Below are positions 39,757 through 48,884 of a stretch of 64,000 bases of DNA, one piece after another. The position numbers and the translations under genes were made by a program. The stretch's first letter is position 1; every line of letters starts with the position of its first letter. The notes beneath the pieces were generated by a model that made no database searches, was not told where the DNA came from, and saw nothing but the letters and a program-made list of their open reading frames with translations. The stretch comes from Candidatus Doudnabacteria bacterium (lineage in GTDB: Bacteria; Patescibacteriota; Doudnabacteria; UBA920; O2-02-FULL-48-8), in the NCBI GenBank assembly GCA_037200925.1, contig JBBCGO010000001.1:179822-243821 (forward strand), given 5' to 3'.

Positions 39757-40113
39757 TTATCCCAAAATCTCTCTTAAGGCCTCAGTCTGATCATTCCCGC
39801 TGGCTCCGGAGTTCATCATATCTTCGATCGCTTTCCTCTTCTGAGCTTCGGTTTTATATTCGATTTTCAGAGGCATACCTGCTTCGTTATGAACTTCTTC
39901 CGCGGATTGCTCTTTACTCGCATCAGGCGAAATGATTTTTTGAACCTTATCGGCGTTTTGTTCCCGTTCGGCTTCGGTCGGCCACGAGCGAGTGGTCTTG
40001 TCGCGTTGGCTATCCAAAAATTCCCCTGCCTCCTGATTGGGTTTCAAGGATTTTGTTTCCATATTTTCCGGGATATGCCCGGTTTCAATTGGTTTTTCAG
40101 GTATTTCTGCCAT
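39757..40113 (-). CDS. Hypothetical acidic, probably disordered, protein (118 aa)
   Basis: Immediately upstream (34 nt) of the coupling-protein-like gene on the same strand. Confidence 0.35.
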   Translation of the reverse strand: MAEIPEKPIETGHIPENMETKSLKPNQEAGEFLDSQRDKTTRSWPTEAEREQNADKVQKIISPDASKEQSAEEVHNEAGMPLKIEYKTEAQKRKAIEDMMNSGASGNDQTEALREILG

Positions 40114-40233
40114 ATTTGTAATTAGTTTATAAGTTAACTGCTAAGTTTACTACATATTCAGGATTTTGACAAGGGTTGGTTTCAGATCCAAGATTTATAA
40201 AAGTAGCTATATTATAACATAAATTTCATGATT

Positions 40234-40262
40234 TTGACGAATTGGCGAACAAATGGTAAAAT
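40234..40262 (+). promoter_or_regulatory. sigma70-type promoter (TTGACG-N17-TAAAAT) upstream of the corA-like gene
   Basis: ttgacgaattggcgaacaaatggtaaaat, ~33 nt before the ATG at 40295. Confidence 0.55.
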
Positions 40263-40294
40263 TTAGGCATTCCGGTCGGTTATTTTGAAACAAA

Positions 40295-41227
40295 ATGTCA
40301 CTGAAAATCATACATACGAAAAATTTGCGCTGGGTTGATATAGTCAATCCCGATGAAAAGGATTTGAACTATCTTAAGGAAAATTTTAAATTCCACCCCT
40401 TGGATTTCGATGATATCGTGGTTTCAGCCACGCGCACGAAAATCGATGAATACGACCACTACCACTTTCTGGTCTTGCTTTTTCCGCTCCTCAACCGCGA
40501 GACCGGCGAGATCAGACCTGCGGAAGTGGATTTTTTTGTCGGCAAAGATTTTTTGGTGACAATACATGACGGGTCCATGCGCACGCTGAACAACCTTGTT
40601 CACAATGTGCATCAATATGACAACAGCCGCATAAGCTATCTATCCGCAGGGCCGGGCTATCTTCTGTTCTCAGTTCTGGAAATACTTTTTAAAAGAAGTT
40701 CCCCCATCCTGGACAGGATCAATCATGACGTTAACGAGGCCGGTAAAAATATTTTTCAGCTGGATATCCAAACCCTGCAAAAGCTGTCGGAACTGAAGAA
40801 AAATATAATTATTTATCGGCGCATCATGAAAATGCATGCGTATGTTCTGGTCAAGCTGGAGCGGAGCCGGAAAGACTACATGCAGTTCAAGGATTCCAAA
40901 GGTTATTTCCAGGGCCTGATAGAATACGCGGATAATAACTGGGAAGTGCTTTCTTCCGACAAGGAAAGCGTGGAAAGCTTTGAGCAGACCAATCAGTCGC
41001 TGGGCACGCACAAGCTCAATGACATCGTGCAGGTCTTAACCGTGCTTTCGGTCATTATTTCCGTGCTGGCCCTGGTCACTGACATCCTGATATTTTTTGA
41101 ACGCACAAATATTGAAAAAAATTACGGGCTTTCCACGGATTTTCAGCTGTTCCTGTTTATCACAACAGTGCTCGTTGTCATAACGACCGTAATGCTGAGT
41201 TTCTTTAAGAGTCGCAAATGGCTATAA
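40295..41227 (+). CDS. CorA-family divalent cation transporter-like protein (no canonical GMN motif seen)
   Basis: 310 aa; CorA-like cytoplasmic N-domain (LRWVDIVNPDEKDLNYLKENFKFHPLDFDDIV) and two C-terminal TM helices. The loop reads FFERTNIEKNYGL rather than YGMNF. Confidence 0.55.
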   Translation: MSLKIIHTKNLRWVDIVNPDEKDLNYLKENFKFHPLDFDDIVVSATRTKIDEYDHYHFLVLLFPLLNRETGEIRPAEVDFFVGKDFLVTIHDGSMRTLNNLVHNVHQYDNSRISYLSAGPGYLLFSVLEILFKRSSPILDRINHDVNEAGKNIFQLDIQTLQKLSELKKNIIIYRRIMKMHAYVLVKLERSRKDYMQFKDSKGYFQGLIEYADNNWEVLSSDKESVESFEQTNQSLGTHKLNDIVQVLTVLSVIISVLALVTDILIFFERTNIEKNYGLSTDFQLFLFITTVLVVITTVMLSFFKSRKWL

Positions 41228-41234
41228 TGAGCCC

Positions 41235-42638
41235 ATGCTCAAGCTTTATAACTCGCTGACCCGCAAAATTGAAGAATTCAAGCCTATCAAAGCTGATGAG
41301 GTCGGTTTTTATATTTGCGGCCCTACGGTTTACGACAATGCGCACATCGGCAACCTGCGGACCATGATCATGGGTGATCTCATGCGCCGGACTTTGGAAT
41401 ACAACGGATTCCGGGTCAATCAGGTCATGAATATTACGGATGTAGGCCACCTGACGTCTGACGGAGATGTCGGCGAGGATAAAATGGAAAAAAACGCCAA
41501 AAACCTGGAAGAATATTTGGCCGTTGCACAAAAATACACAGACAGCTTTTTAAGCGACTTAAAAGCGCTTAATATTGAACTGCCGTCTGTGATGCCTAAG
41601 GCTTCGGAGCACGTCAATGAGCAGATCGGCATGATCAAAACCTTGATCGAAAAAGGATTTGCATACGAATCAGATGAAGCAGTTTACTTTGATGTTTCCA
41701 AATTCCCCGCTTACAACAAGCTCACCGGCCAGAAACTTGTTGATATGAAACTTGGGGCTCGGCAGGATGTGGTAATGGACATGAAGAAAAAAAATCCTTA
41801 CGATTTTGTTCTTTGGTTCAAGACCATTGGCCGGTACGCCAGCCATATCATGCGCTGGGATTCTCCGTGGGGCGAAGGGTTTCCCGGCTGGCACATTGAA
41901 TGCTCCGCCATGAGCAAAAAATATCTGGGCGACCGCTTTGATATCCATGCCGCGGGCATTGACCTGAAGTTCCCCCACAATACGAATGAGATCGCGCAGT
42001 CAGAAAGCGCCAACGGCAAGCCTTATGTAAATTATTGGGTCCACGGCGAACACTTGCTTTTCGACAAAGCCAAAATGGCCAAGTCTGAAGGCAAAGCTTT
42101 AACTTTGCAAAACCTTATTGACAAAGGATTCAATCCACTGGCTTTCCGCTATCTGGTTTTGACCGCCCATTACCGCTCCAAACTGAATTTCACCTGGGAT
42201 AGCCTGCAGGGAGCCCAGAATGCTCTAAATCATCTCTACGAAGAGGTTTCGGCTTTTGACGCGCCGGAAAATGAAATTGAAGAATTTGAGCAGACATTTC
42301 TGGAAACCGTCAATAATGATCTGGATACCCCGCAGGCTATTGCAGTGATGCAGGATCTGATCAAAGCCGAACAGCCAAGTTCCGCCAAACTCGCCACCCT
42401 GATCAAATTTGATAAAATTTTCGGACTTAAGATCAAGGAGGTATGGCAAACGGCAAAAGTCATCCCGGAAAACGTGCGCAAATTGATTGATGAACGGGAA
42501 CAAGCGCGTAAAGCAAAAGATTTCAAAAAATCCGATGAGCTCCGCCACGCGATCGAATCCGAAGGCTTCGTTGTTGAAGATACGATCGACGGGTTTAGAA
42601 TCAAAAAAAGTTTTGAGACCAAAAAAAAGACGGATTGA
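41235..42638 (+). CDS. cysS: Cysteinyl-tRNA synthetase
   Basis: HIGN (HIGH-type) and KMAKS (KMSKS) class I motifs; CysRS zinc-binding context. Confidence 0.95.
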   Translation: MLKLYNSLTRKIEEFKPIKADEVGFYICGPTVYDNAHIGNLRTMIMGDLMRRTLEYNGFRVNQVMNITDVGHLTSDGDVGEDKMEKNAKNLEEYLAVAQKYTDSFLSDLKALNIELPSVMPKASEHVNEQIGMIKTLIEKGFAYESDEAVYFDVSKFPAYNKLTGQKLVDMKLGARQDVVMDMKKKNPYDFVLWFKTIGRYASHIMRWDSPWGEGFPGWHIECSAMSKKYLGDRFDIHAAGIDLKFPHNTNEIAQSESANGKPYVNYWVHGEHLLFDKAKMAKSEGKALTLQNLIDKGFNPLAFRYLVLTAHYRSKLNFTWDSLQGAQNALNHLYEEVSAFDAPENEIEEFEQTFLETVNNDLDTPQAIAVMQDLIKAEQPSSAKLATLIKFDKIFGLKIKEVWQTAKVIPENVRKLIDEREQARKAKDFKKSDELRHAIESEGFVVEDTIDGFRIKKSFETKKKTD

Positions 42639-42664
42639 CATTGAAATTCAATTCGTCCCGTACG

Positions 42665-42859
42665 TTACATCCCTCTGTTCGTACCGTAGGTTATAGTCCT
42701 CTGTGAAGTCAGCCTTCGCAGGGTTTTGATTTTTCTCTCGCAGACTTCGCAAACCATGAGATGCAAAGCCGTGGATTGGCGCTCCTGTTCGCCCATCACG
42801 TCGCGGACCAGCCGGCCGAGGTCCTCATCGCTCGGGCATCCCTTGCCGTCGTATGGCAT
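42665..42859 (-). CDS. Small zinc-finger protein with a ZAS-like H-x3-C-x2-C motif (candidate anti-sigma-like)
   Basis: 64 aa; GKGCP...ALHLMVCEVCERK. GC-rich patch. Confidence 0.45.
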   Translation of the reverse strand: MPYDGKGCPSDEDLGRLVRDVMGEQERQSTALHLMVCEVCERKIKTLRRLTSQRTITYGTNRGM

Positions 42860-42868
42860 AGGTTCTCC

Positions 42869-43282
42869 TTAATTGGATTTCTGCCGCTGCGGTTTGTAAT
42901 TGCGCAGATCAATGATCTTGAGTCCCGGACCCATTGTCCGCAACTCACGAACAAGCTTTTCAGCCATCTCTAGAGTGAAGTGAATTTCGTCCGGGTTGGT
43001 ATTCTGATTCGGCATTTGCGCTCGCGCCATATTCCACTTGATCACCAACTGCCTGGTCGCTTCATCCACATCCTCATCCCGAAGCGGCAATCCTGACTGC
43101 TTGATCTGGCGGAAGAGCTCATGGGCGTCCGTGGATTTGAGCGTGTCCTGCTGGATGCCAACCTCGACCATATAACGGCCGTAGACCTGAGACCAGACCT
43201 CACACGAATAGAATCCATCAGCGCCCACGATCCGGCCATGCTTGCGGCAAGTATTGCAGAGCTCAAATTTTGGCCCTGTCAT
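42869..43282 (-). CDS. Hypothetical protein with N-terminal C-x2-C...C cluster (137 aa)
   Basis: CNTCRKHG...YSC; GC ~52%; SD GAGGAGGAA; own consensus promoter. Confidence 0.5.
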   Translation of the reverse strand: MTGPKFELCNTCRKHGRIVGADGFYSCEVWSQVYGRYMVEVGIQQDTLKSTDAHELFRQIKQSGLPLRDEDVDEATRQLVIKWNMARAQMPNQNTNPDEIHFTLEMAEKLVRELRTMGPGLKIIDLRNYKPQRQKSN

Positions 43283-43318
43283 TGTTCCTCCTCACAGAAT
43301 ATAGCGGTATGATACACA

Positions 43319-43348
43319 ATTTTAGACAAAATTAAATTGATTTGTCAA
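43319..43348 (-). promoter_or_regulatory. Near-consensus sigma70 promoter (TTGACA-N18-TAAAAT) for the 137-aa gene
   Basis: Minus strand ttgacaaatcaatttaattttgtctaaaat; its -35 overlaps the divergent plus-strand -35. Confidence 0.55.
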
Positions 43349-43370
43349 AGCTGAAACTTGGGCTTATAAT
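43342..43370 (+). promoter_or_regulatory. Near-consensus sigma70 promoter (TTGTCA-N17-TATAAT) facing dnaB
   Basis: ttgtcaaagctgaaacttgggcttataat. Confidence 0.55.
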
Positions 43371-43376
43371 GACTTT

Positions 43377-43402
43377 GGCGGCAAATTTTGCCGTTTTTTT
43401 TT
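43377..43402 (+). terminator. Intrinsic terminator-like hairpin + T9 immediately downstream of the promoter (leader/attenuator or tiny RNA)
   Basis: ggcggcaaattttgccg followed by ttttttttt, about 7 nt after the -10 and ~85 nt before the dnaB ATG. Confidence 0.5.
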
Positions 43403-43487
43403 GTTATCAACATTGTCCCCAGTGTCCACACCCTTGCGGGAAGCATTTGTATAAACTTATAATAGATTACCTCTTTAAACGACAAAA

Positions 43488-44903
43488 ATGCCAAAAAAAC
43501 AGGCTGAAACCAAGCCTTCTGAGAATTTCATCAACCGCATTCCGCCGCAAAACCTGGAAGCCGAGCAGTCGGTATTGGGTTCTCTTCTGCTTGACCGCGA
43601 AGGGATCATCAAAATTGCCGACCTCATCAGCGCCGATGATTTCTATGACGATCGCCACCGCATCATCTTCATGGGAATCATCAGGCTTTATGACGAGCGC
43701 GCGTCCATTGATATTCTGACGGTCTCCAATGTTCTGGAAGAAGGTCATTCTCTGGAAAAAATCGGCGGAATTTCTTACCTCACCACCTTGGTCAATTCCG
43801 TGCCTTCTGCGGCTCACGTTGTCCACTATGCCAACATTGTCCGGCGCAAAGGAACGCTGCGGAGGTTGATCTCTTCCGCCACTGATATCGTGGGATTGGG
43901 TTATCAGGAAGAGATTGACCTGGAAAGCCTGCTTGACCAGGCTGAACAGAAACTTTTTTCCGTTTCGCAAAAATACCTCAAACAGAACTTTGTGGCGCTG
44001 TCCGAGATCCTCCACGAGACATTTGACCGCATTGACGAACTGCACCGCGAAAAAGGCAAACTGCGCGGCGTGTCCACCGGCTTTGCGGACCTGGACAATA
44101 AATTAGGCGGCCTGCAAAAATCCGATCTGATCATTCTGGCCGCCCGCCCGTCCATGGGCAAAACTTCGCTGGCTCTGGATTTTGTCCGGCATGTGGCCAT
44201 GAATGAACATAAGGCGGTGGGAATTTTTTCGCTTGAAATGAGCAAGGACCAATTGGTCGACCGCCTGCTTGCTGCGGAAGCTGATGTGGACCTGTGGAAA
44301 ATGCGCACCGGCAAGCTCAATGATCTCGGGCCTGACAATGATTTTGAAAGGATCGGACATGCTTTGGGCAGATTATCTGAAGCGCCGATATTTATAGACG
44401 ATTCCGGTGCGGTCAATATCATGGAATTGCGCACCAAAGCCAGAAGACTCCAATCAGAGCATGAGCTGGACCTGATCGTGGTGGATTATTTGCAATTGAT
44501 GCAGGGCCGCAATACGGAAAACCGCGTGCAGGAAGTGTCGGAAATTTCCCGCTCGCTAAAAATACTGGCCAAAGAATTAAATCTGCCTGTTTTGGCCTTA
44601 TCCCAATTATCCCGCGCAGTGGAACAGCGCGGCGGGGACAAAAAACCGCAACTCTCCGACCTTCGCGAATCAGGGTCCATTGAGCAGGATGCGGACGTGG
44701 TTATGTTCATTTACCGCGATGAGATGTACACCGGTAAAGAATCGCGCAAGCCGCATATTGCGGAGATCCTCATCCGCAAGCACCGCAATGGCCCGACCGG
44801 CGACATTGAACTGTTCTTTGATCAGGAAAAAACAAGTTTCAAGAACCTGGCCAAACAACCGCCCTCCATGGAAGAAGCCATGATGAACCAGATAATGGAA
44901 TAA
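43488..44903 (+). CDS. dnaB: Replicative DNA helicase DnaB
   Basis: 471 aa; N-terminal DnaB domain, GARPSMGKTS Walker A, RecA-like C-domain. Confidence 0.95.
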   Translation: MPKKQAETKPSENFINRIPPQNLEAEQSVLGSLLLDREGIIKIADLISADDFYDDRHRIIFMGIIRLYDERASIDILTVSNVLEEGHSLEKIGGISYLTTLVNSVPSAAHVVHYANIVRRKGTLRRLISSATDIVGLGYQEEIDLESLLDQAEQKLFSVSQKYLKQNFVALSEILHETFDRIDELHREKGKLRGVSTGFADLDNKLGGLQKSDLIILAARPSMGKTSLALDFVRHVAMNEHKAVGIFSLEMSKDQLVDRLLAAEADVDLWKMRTGKLNDLGPDNDFERIGHALGRLSEAPIFIDDSGAVNIMELRTKARRLQSEHELDLIVVDYLQLMQGRNTENRVQEVSEISRSLKILAKELNLPVLALSQLSRAVEQRGGDKKPQLSDLRESGSIEQDADVVMFIYRDEMYTGKESRKPHIAEILIRKHRNGPTGDIELFFDQEKTSFKNLAKQPPSMEEAMMNQIME

Positions 44904-44951
44904 GCCGGCCGGTTCTGCTATAATAACTTCAAATATTTAACCATAAACATT

Positions 44952-45167
44952 ATGTTCTTAGGACTTTTTTTGGTGATTTTGGGGGCGCTTTTGCTCTTCA
45001 AAAACCTGGGTCTGATCGTTTTGCCAGCCTCAGTTTGGTCTATTCTTTACCCTGTCATCCTGATCGTGCTGGGGCTTTGGCTCATTTCCATAGTCCAGCG
45101 GGGCCGCGCTTACAAGCACTGGATGATGAACCGCTACTGGGGACGCCGGGACGACGAAGAACAATAA
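44952..45167 (+). CDS. Hypothetical small membrane protein (71 aa, 2 TM)
   Basis: Two hydrophobic helices then a basic/acidic tail. Confidence 0.45.
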   Translation: MFLGLFLVILGALLLFKNLGLIVLPASVWSILYPVILIVLGLWLISIVQRGRAYKHWMMNRYWGRRDDEEQ

Positions 45168-45201
45168 AAAAAGCCGTGCTTGGAAATAATTTCCATACGA
45201 C

Positions 45202-45429
45202 TTAATTGCCAACCCCCTCCTCGCCCAGATAGCCGTCCGGATACGGAGAGTCATCCTCTTGTTCCATCATCCTGAGACGCTCCTGTTCATAGTCGTTCAA
45301 GCGGCAACCGAACAGGCTTCGCGAAGGTCTGCCCTTTAACGACTTGGCGGGTTTTGAACTCGCTATCCTCTGATGCTTTCGGTTTTTCCCCGAATTGATC
45401 TTCGTGCCGTTCGGCCGTTTCTTGCCCAT
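45202..45429 (-). CDS. Possible small basic/acidic protein (76 aa) overlapping the upstream ORF
   Basis: MGKKRPNG... preceded by GGAGGG (short spacing). Overlaps the 108-aa ORF by ~38 nt in another frame. Uncertain. Confidence 0.25.
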   Translation of the reverse strand: MGKKRPNGTKINSGKNRKHQRIASSKPAKSLKGRPSRSLFGCRLNDYEQERLRMMEQEDDSPYPDGYLGEEGVGN

Positions 45430-45466
45430 CGACCCTCCATGGGTTTCTTTTTCAAAAAACCAGTGT

Positions 45467-45793
45467 CTAGTTGAATTGCGGGCCGGGGAATAAAGCACGC
45501 GTACCGAAGCGAGATGAAGCAGCGACTGGCTGCCGGAGAATCTCCCGGAGCCCTTCTTGGAGATCACAAACTACCAATGGCTGAATACCGAAAATGAAAA
45601 GGGCTTTGACCAGAAAATCCACATCGCCGTCGTCATAAACGATGACATCGTCGAACGGCCGATCTTCGCCGGCCTCGGTCGACAGCGTAGCGATGACATC
45701 CTCACGGGGTACCCACCAAAGCTTGATTTTAGCAGGGTTAACTATCGGAAGCTGTTGAAGCTGCCTGACCTGGCAAACGATCAGAATCTTCAT
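45467..45793 (-). CDS. Hypothetical protein (108 aa) in a GC-rich patch
   Basis: ATG preceded by AAGGAGGAG; MKILIVCQ...DDVIVYDDGDVDF; family not recognised (weak PIN-like impression only). Confidence 0.4.
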   Translation of the reverse strand: MKILIVCQVRQLQQLPIVNPAKIKLWWVPREDVIATLSTEAGEDRPFDDVIVYDDGDVDFLVKALFIFGIQPLVVCDLQEGLREILRQPVAASSRFGTRALFPGPQFN

Positions 45794-45827
45794 GTCTCCT
45801 CCTTTTCACTATCGAATACCCGAGCGA

Positions 45828-48155
45828 TTATTTCACTGCATGCCCTCCGAATTGTTCCCGCATGCTGGACACTAGCTTGCCTACAAAACTCTGGGTCTTT
45901 TTTGACTTTACGCGGAACCGGAATGATTGTTCAATGATCTGCGCCGGTATCTTTAATTCTTTGGCTGTTTTGGCGGTCCATTCGCCTTCTCCCGTGTAAC
46001 CGACCACGCCTGTAATTCCTCTTAAATTCTGGCCGCGCATCAGGAAAGCGTCCTTCAGCCAGCCGACCAAACGGGACTCCACCACACTGCCGTGATTATA
46101 CAGGGCCGCGACATCAACCAAGTTTAATTTGAAGGGTGATTTTTTAAGGATGCCAAACCCTTCGGCCAAGGACTGCATCATGCCGTACTCAATGCCGTTG
46201 TGGACCATTTTGACAAAGTGCCCGGACCCGTACCCGGGAAAAAACTTATATCCGCCAAAAACTGAAATGCCTCTGAATAAAGATTCTAATTTCAAATACG
46301 TTTTGCGGTTCCCGCCTATCATGAGGCAGGCTCCCCGGCGCGCCCCGCCGGGGCCGCCGGAAACTCCGATGCCCAAAAATTCTATCCCCCGTTTTTGCAG
46401 AAATTTGCCGCGGCGGATGGAATCTTTATAAAAAGAATTGCCGCCGTCAATGATTATATCCCCGCGCCGCAAGTGCTTGGACAGGCCGTTTTTCCCGAAC
46501 AAGACCTCATCCACACTGGCATGCGGCACCATGAGCCAGACCACCCGCTGTTCCGGCAGGCCTGCCAATAACTGTCCGTAACTTTCCGTTACCGTGAATT
46601 GGGGATTCTGAGAAAGTTCTTTTACCGCTTCCGGCGAATGGTGATTCGTGCTTGTGAGCTGATATCCTTTTTCCATCATCTGCAGGACCAGATTCTTCCC
46701 CATTTTTCCGAGGCCGATCATGGCCAGTTTTTTTGGCCCAGCTGCGACGGCCGGAACACCATCGATACCGAATTTCTCTAAAATTTTATTGTTCTTGCCG
46801 TAAAAATTGAGCGGTGTAAGTTTTTTCTGCCAAGCATTGACGATCGGGTCAATGAACTTCCAGGCGGAAAGAGCCTCGCGGCTGGAAACAAACAAAGTTT
46901 GGTCTCCCACTATCGCGTCCGAGATCAGGCGCGCATATTCCGCCAAATAGCGCTGGGACGGATCGGCTTCGTACGCAAAGTCCAAAGTTTTTTTCTCTAA
47001 TTGCATGCCGGTCCCCGGTTTTTTTGACCAAAACTCGATCACGATCCCGGCGACAGGCTGGATCTTAAAACAGATCCTGTTTTTTAGACCCTGTCCTTTG
47101 AAAGTCACAATGATCTGCTTGTCATTTTCCGGAAAATTCTTGCCTGATTCAATATAGATCGGCACGCCTTTGAAACGATTCCCTTCCAATTCAGTTTTGA
47201 GCTTAAAATATGTCTCGGTGTTGGAGCTGCGTGCCACCCCCGCTTCTTTCCTGTATCCGCGGTACTGGGCGCGGAGAGTATTGGTTCTTATTTCATCCGC
47301 GCTGAGGATATGCAGATTTTCCATGACTTCCGCACGCTTCAAACGGATCCCCGAGCCTGACATCGCACCAGGATCATCCATTGTGACCAAAGCCAGCATC
47401 TGCAATAAATGATTTTGGCCCACATCCAGAAGCGCTCCGACGCCGTCGTAAAATTCGCCGCGGCCCTGCACATCGATCTGTTCAAGCAATTTGATCTCAA
47501 TTTTTTCAATGAACTTATTGTTCCAGATATCCTCCAGGAGGTGGTTGGAAAACCGGAAGGCCATGACATTCTGCAAAACCTCTTTCGCCAGGTAATGATC
47601 AATGCGATAAACTTGATCTTCAGAAAAAAGCTTGGCCAGAAGTTTATCCAATTTTTGCGCATGCGTCAGGTCTTTGCCGAACGGCTTTTCCACCAAGACG
47701 CGGGTCCAGCCCAGCTTGCCTTTATCGGTCAGGCCTGACGCGGACAGCTGGTGGAACAAGTTGTCATTAAAATGCGGCGGGATAGCCAGGTAAAATAATT
47801 TATTGCTGTGGATCTTCAGTTTCCGGTCGAGTCTGCCTAAGCGCACGCTCAGCCTTTGATACGCCTCCGGATCTTCCAGCTGGCCCTGATGGTAGGTGAA
47901 CAACTGCAAAAACTTATTAAGCTTTCTGTCCAAGCCGGAAGGGTAATGCTTTTTAAGCGAACTTCGCAGATGTGCCCGGAAATCCTCATCCGACCAATCG
48001 CGCCTGGAAAAACCCACCACAGAAAATCCCGGCGGCAGATTTTTTTGCTTGAACAAATAATAGATGGCGGGGGTCAGTTTTCTCTCCATCAGATCCCCGG
48101 TTGCGCCGAATACAACAAGTACTGTCGCCTGCTTATTTTTCTTTAAATTTGGCAT
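45828..48155 (-). CDS. Fused glucose-6-phosphate dehydrogenase (Zwf) - 6-phosphogluconate dehydrogenase (short Gnd-type) bifunctional protein
   Basis: N-terminal ~500 aa: VVFGATGDLMERKL and RIDHYLAKE motifs of G6PD. C-terminal ~310 aa: MIGLGKMGKNL Rossmann start and GGNSFYKDS...YGSGHFVKMVHNGIEYGMMQ of 6PGDH. One uninterrupted 818-aa ORF; start chosen at MPNLKK (48155). Confidence 0.75.
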   Translation of the reverse strand: MPNLKKNKQATVLVVFGATGDLMERKLTPAIYYLFKQKNLPPGFSVVGFSRRDWSDEDFRAHLRSSLKKHYPSGLDRKLNKFLQLFTYHQGQLEDPEAYQRLSVRLGRLDRKLKIHSNKLFYLAIPPHFNDNLFHQLSASGLTDKGKLGWTRVLVEKPFGKDLTHAQKLDKLLAKLFSEDQVYRIDHYLAKEVLQNVMAFRFSNHLLEDIWNNKFIEKIEIKLLEQIDVQGRGEFYDGVGALLDVGQNHLLQMLALVTMDDPGAMSGSGIRLKRAEVMENLHILSADEIRTNTLRAQYRGYRKEAGVARSSNTETYFKLKTELEGNRFKGVPIYIESGKNFPENDKQIIVTFKGQGLKNRICFKIQPVAGIVIEFWSKKPGTGMQLEKKTLDFAYEADPSQRYLAEYARLISDAIVGDQTLFVSSREALSAWKFIDPIVNAWQKKLTPLNFYGKNNKILEKFGIDGVPAVAAGPKKLAMIGLGKMGKNLVLQMMEKGYQLTSTNHHSPEAVKELSQNPQFTVTESYGQLLAGLPEQRVVWLMVPHASVDEVLFGKNGLSKHLRRGDIIIDGGNSFYKDSIRRGKFLQKRGIEFLGIGVSGGPGGARRGACLMIGGNRKTYLKLESLFRGISVFGGYKFFPGYGSGHFVKMVHNGIEYGMMQSLAEGFGILKKSPFKLNLVDVAALYNHGSVVESRLVGWLKDAFLMRGQNLRGITGVVGYTGEGEWTAKTAKELKIPAQIIEQSFRFRVKSKKTQSFVGKLVSSMREQFGGHAVK

Positions 48156-48259
48156 ATGAGGACATATTAGCATATTTTGGCAGGAAAAATGAAACAATTT
48201 AACGCCTGCATTCGTTATATATTTACAAACCCAGAAAGCTGCTGTATACTCAAAAAAGC

Positions 48260-48844
48260 ATGAATATCCTAAAAGAACCAACACAAAATCCGACTGACGA
48301 ACATTTGGTGGAAAATTACCTGAACGGCGACTCGCATGCCCTGGATCTCCTGATCCAGAAATATCTGAGCCAGACGTATAATTTTGTTTTCAAATATGTC
48401 CATACGACGCAGGACGCCGAAGACGTGACCCAGGAGGCCTTTGTTAAGGCCTGGAAAAAAATAGATACTTTCAAACGCCAGTATAAATTTAAAACCTGGC
48501 TGTTTACGATCGCCAAAAACACGGCGCTCGACCATCTGAAAAAACGGGGCCTTGTTCCGTTCTCCGCTCTCAATGGTGAAAATGAAGGAGAGGCTTTTGA
48601 GCAAAGTTTGGTGTCTTACGAAACACTGCCGGACGAAGCTTTGGCCAAGATCCAGGATGCGAAAATAATAGGCCACGCAGTCGATAAATTGCCGGATATT
48701 TACCGCCAGGTCATCACACTTTATTACGACGATCAGCTGAACTTTCGGGAGATCGCCGGCCTGCTGAAACAATCCATCAATACAATAAAAACCCGCCATC
48801 GCCGGGCTCTGGCCTATTTGAGGCGCGATTTGCCCAAAAATTGA
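48260..48844 (+). CDS. ECF-subfamily RNA polymerase sigma-70 factor
   Basis: Region 2 (DVTQEAFVKAWKKIDTF...WLFTIAKNTALD) and region 4 HTH (NFREIAGLLKQSINTIKTR). Confidence 0.85.
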   Translation: MNILKEPTQNPTDEHLVENYLNGDSHALDLLIQKYLSQTYNFVFKYVHTTQDAEDVTQEAFVKAWKKIDTFKRQYKFKTWLFTIAKNTALDHLKKRGLVPFSALNGENEGEAFEQSLVSYETLPDEALAKIQDAKIIGHAVDKLPDIYRQVITLYYDDQLNFREIAGLLKQSINTIKTRHRRALAYLRRDLPKN

Positions 48845-48884
48845 ACCATTTGATAGGGGTTGCTCGTAGAAATGGTACGAAACC

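Noticed and set aside
43342-43719. 125-aa plus-strand ORF overlapping the dnaB start
   Set aside because: Out of frame with dnaB, Cys/Lys/Ser-rich junk translation, and it starts inside the promoter.
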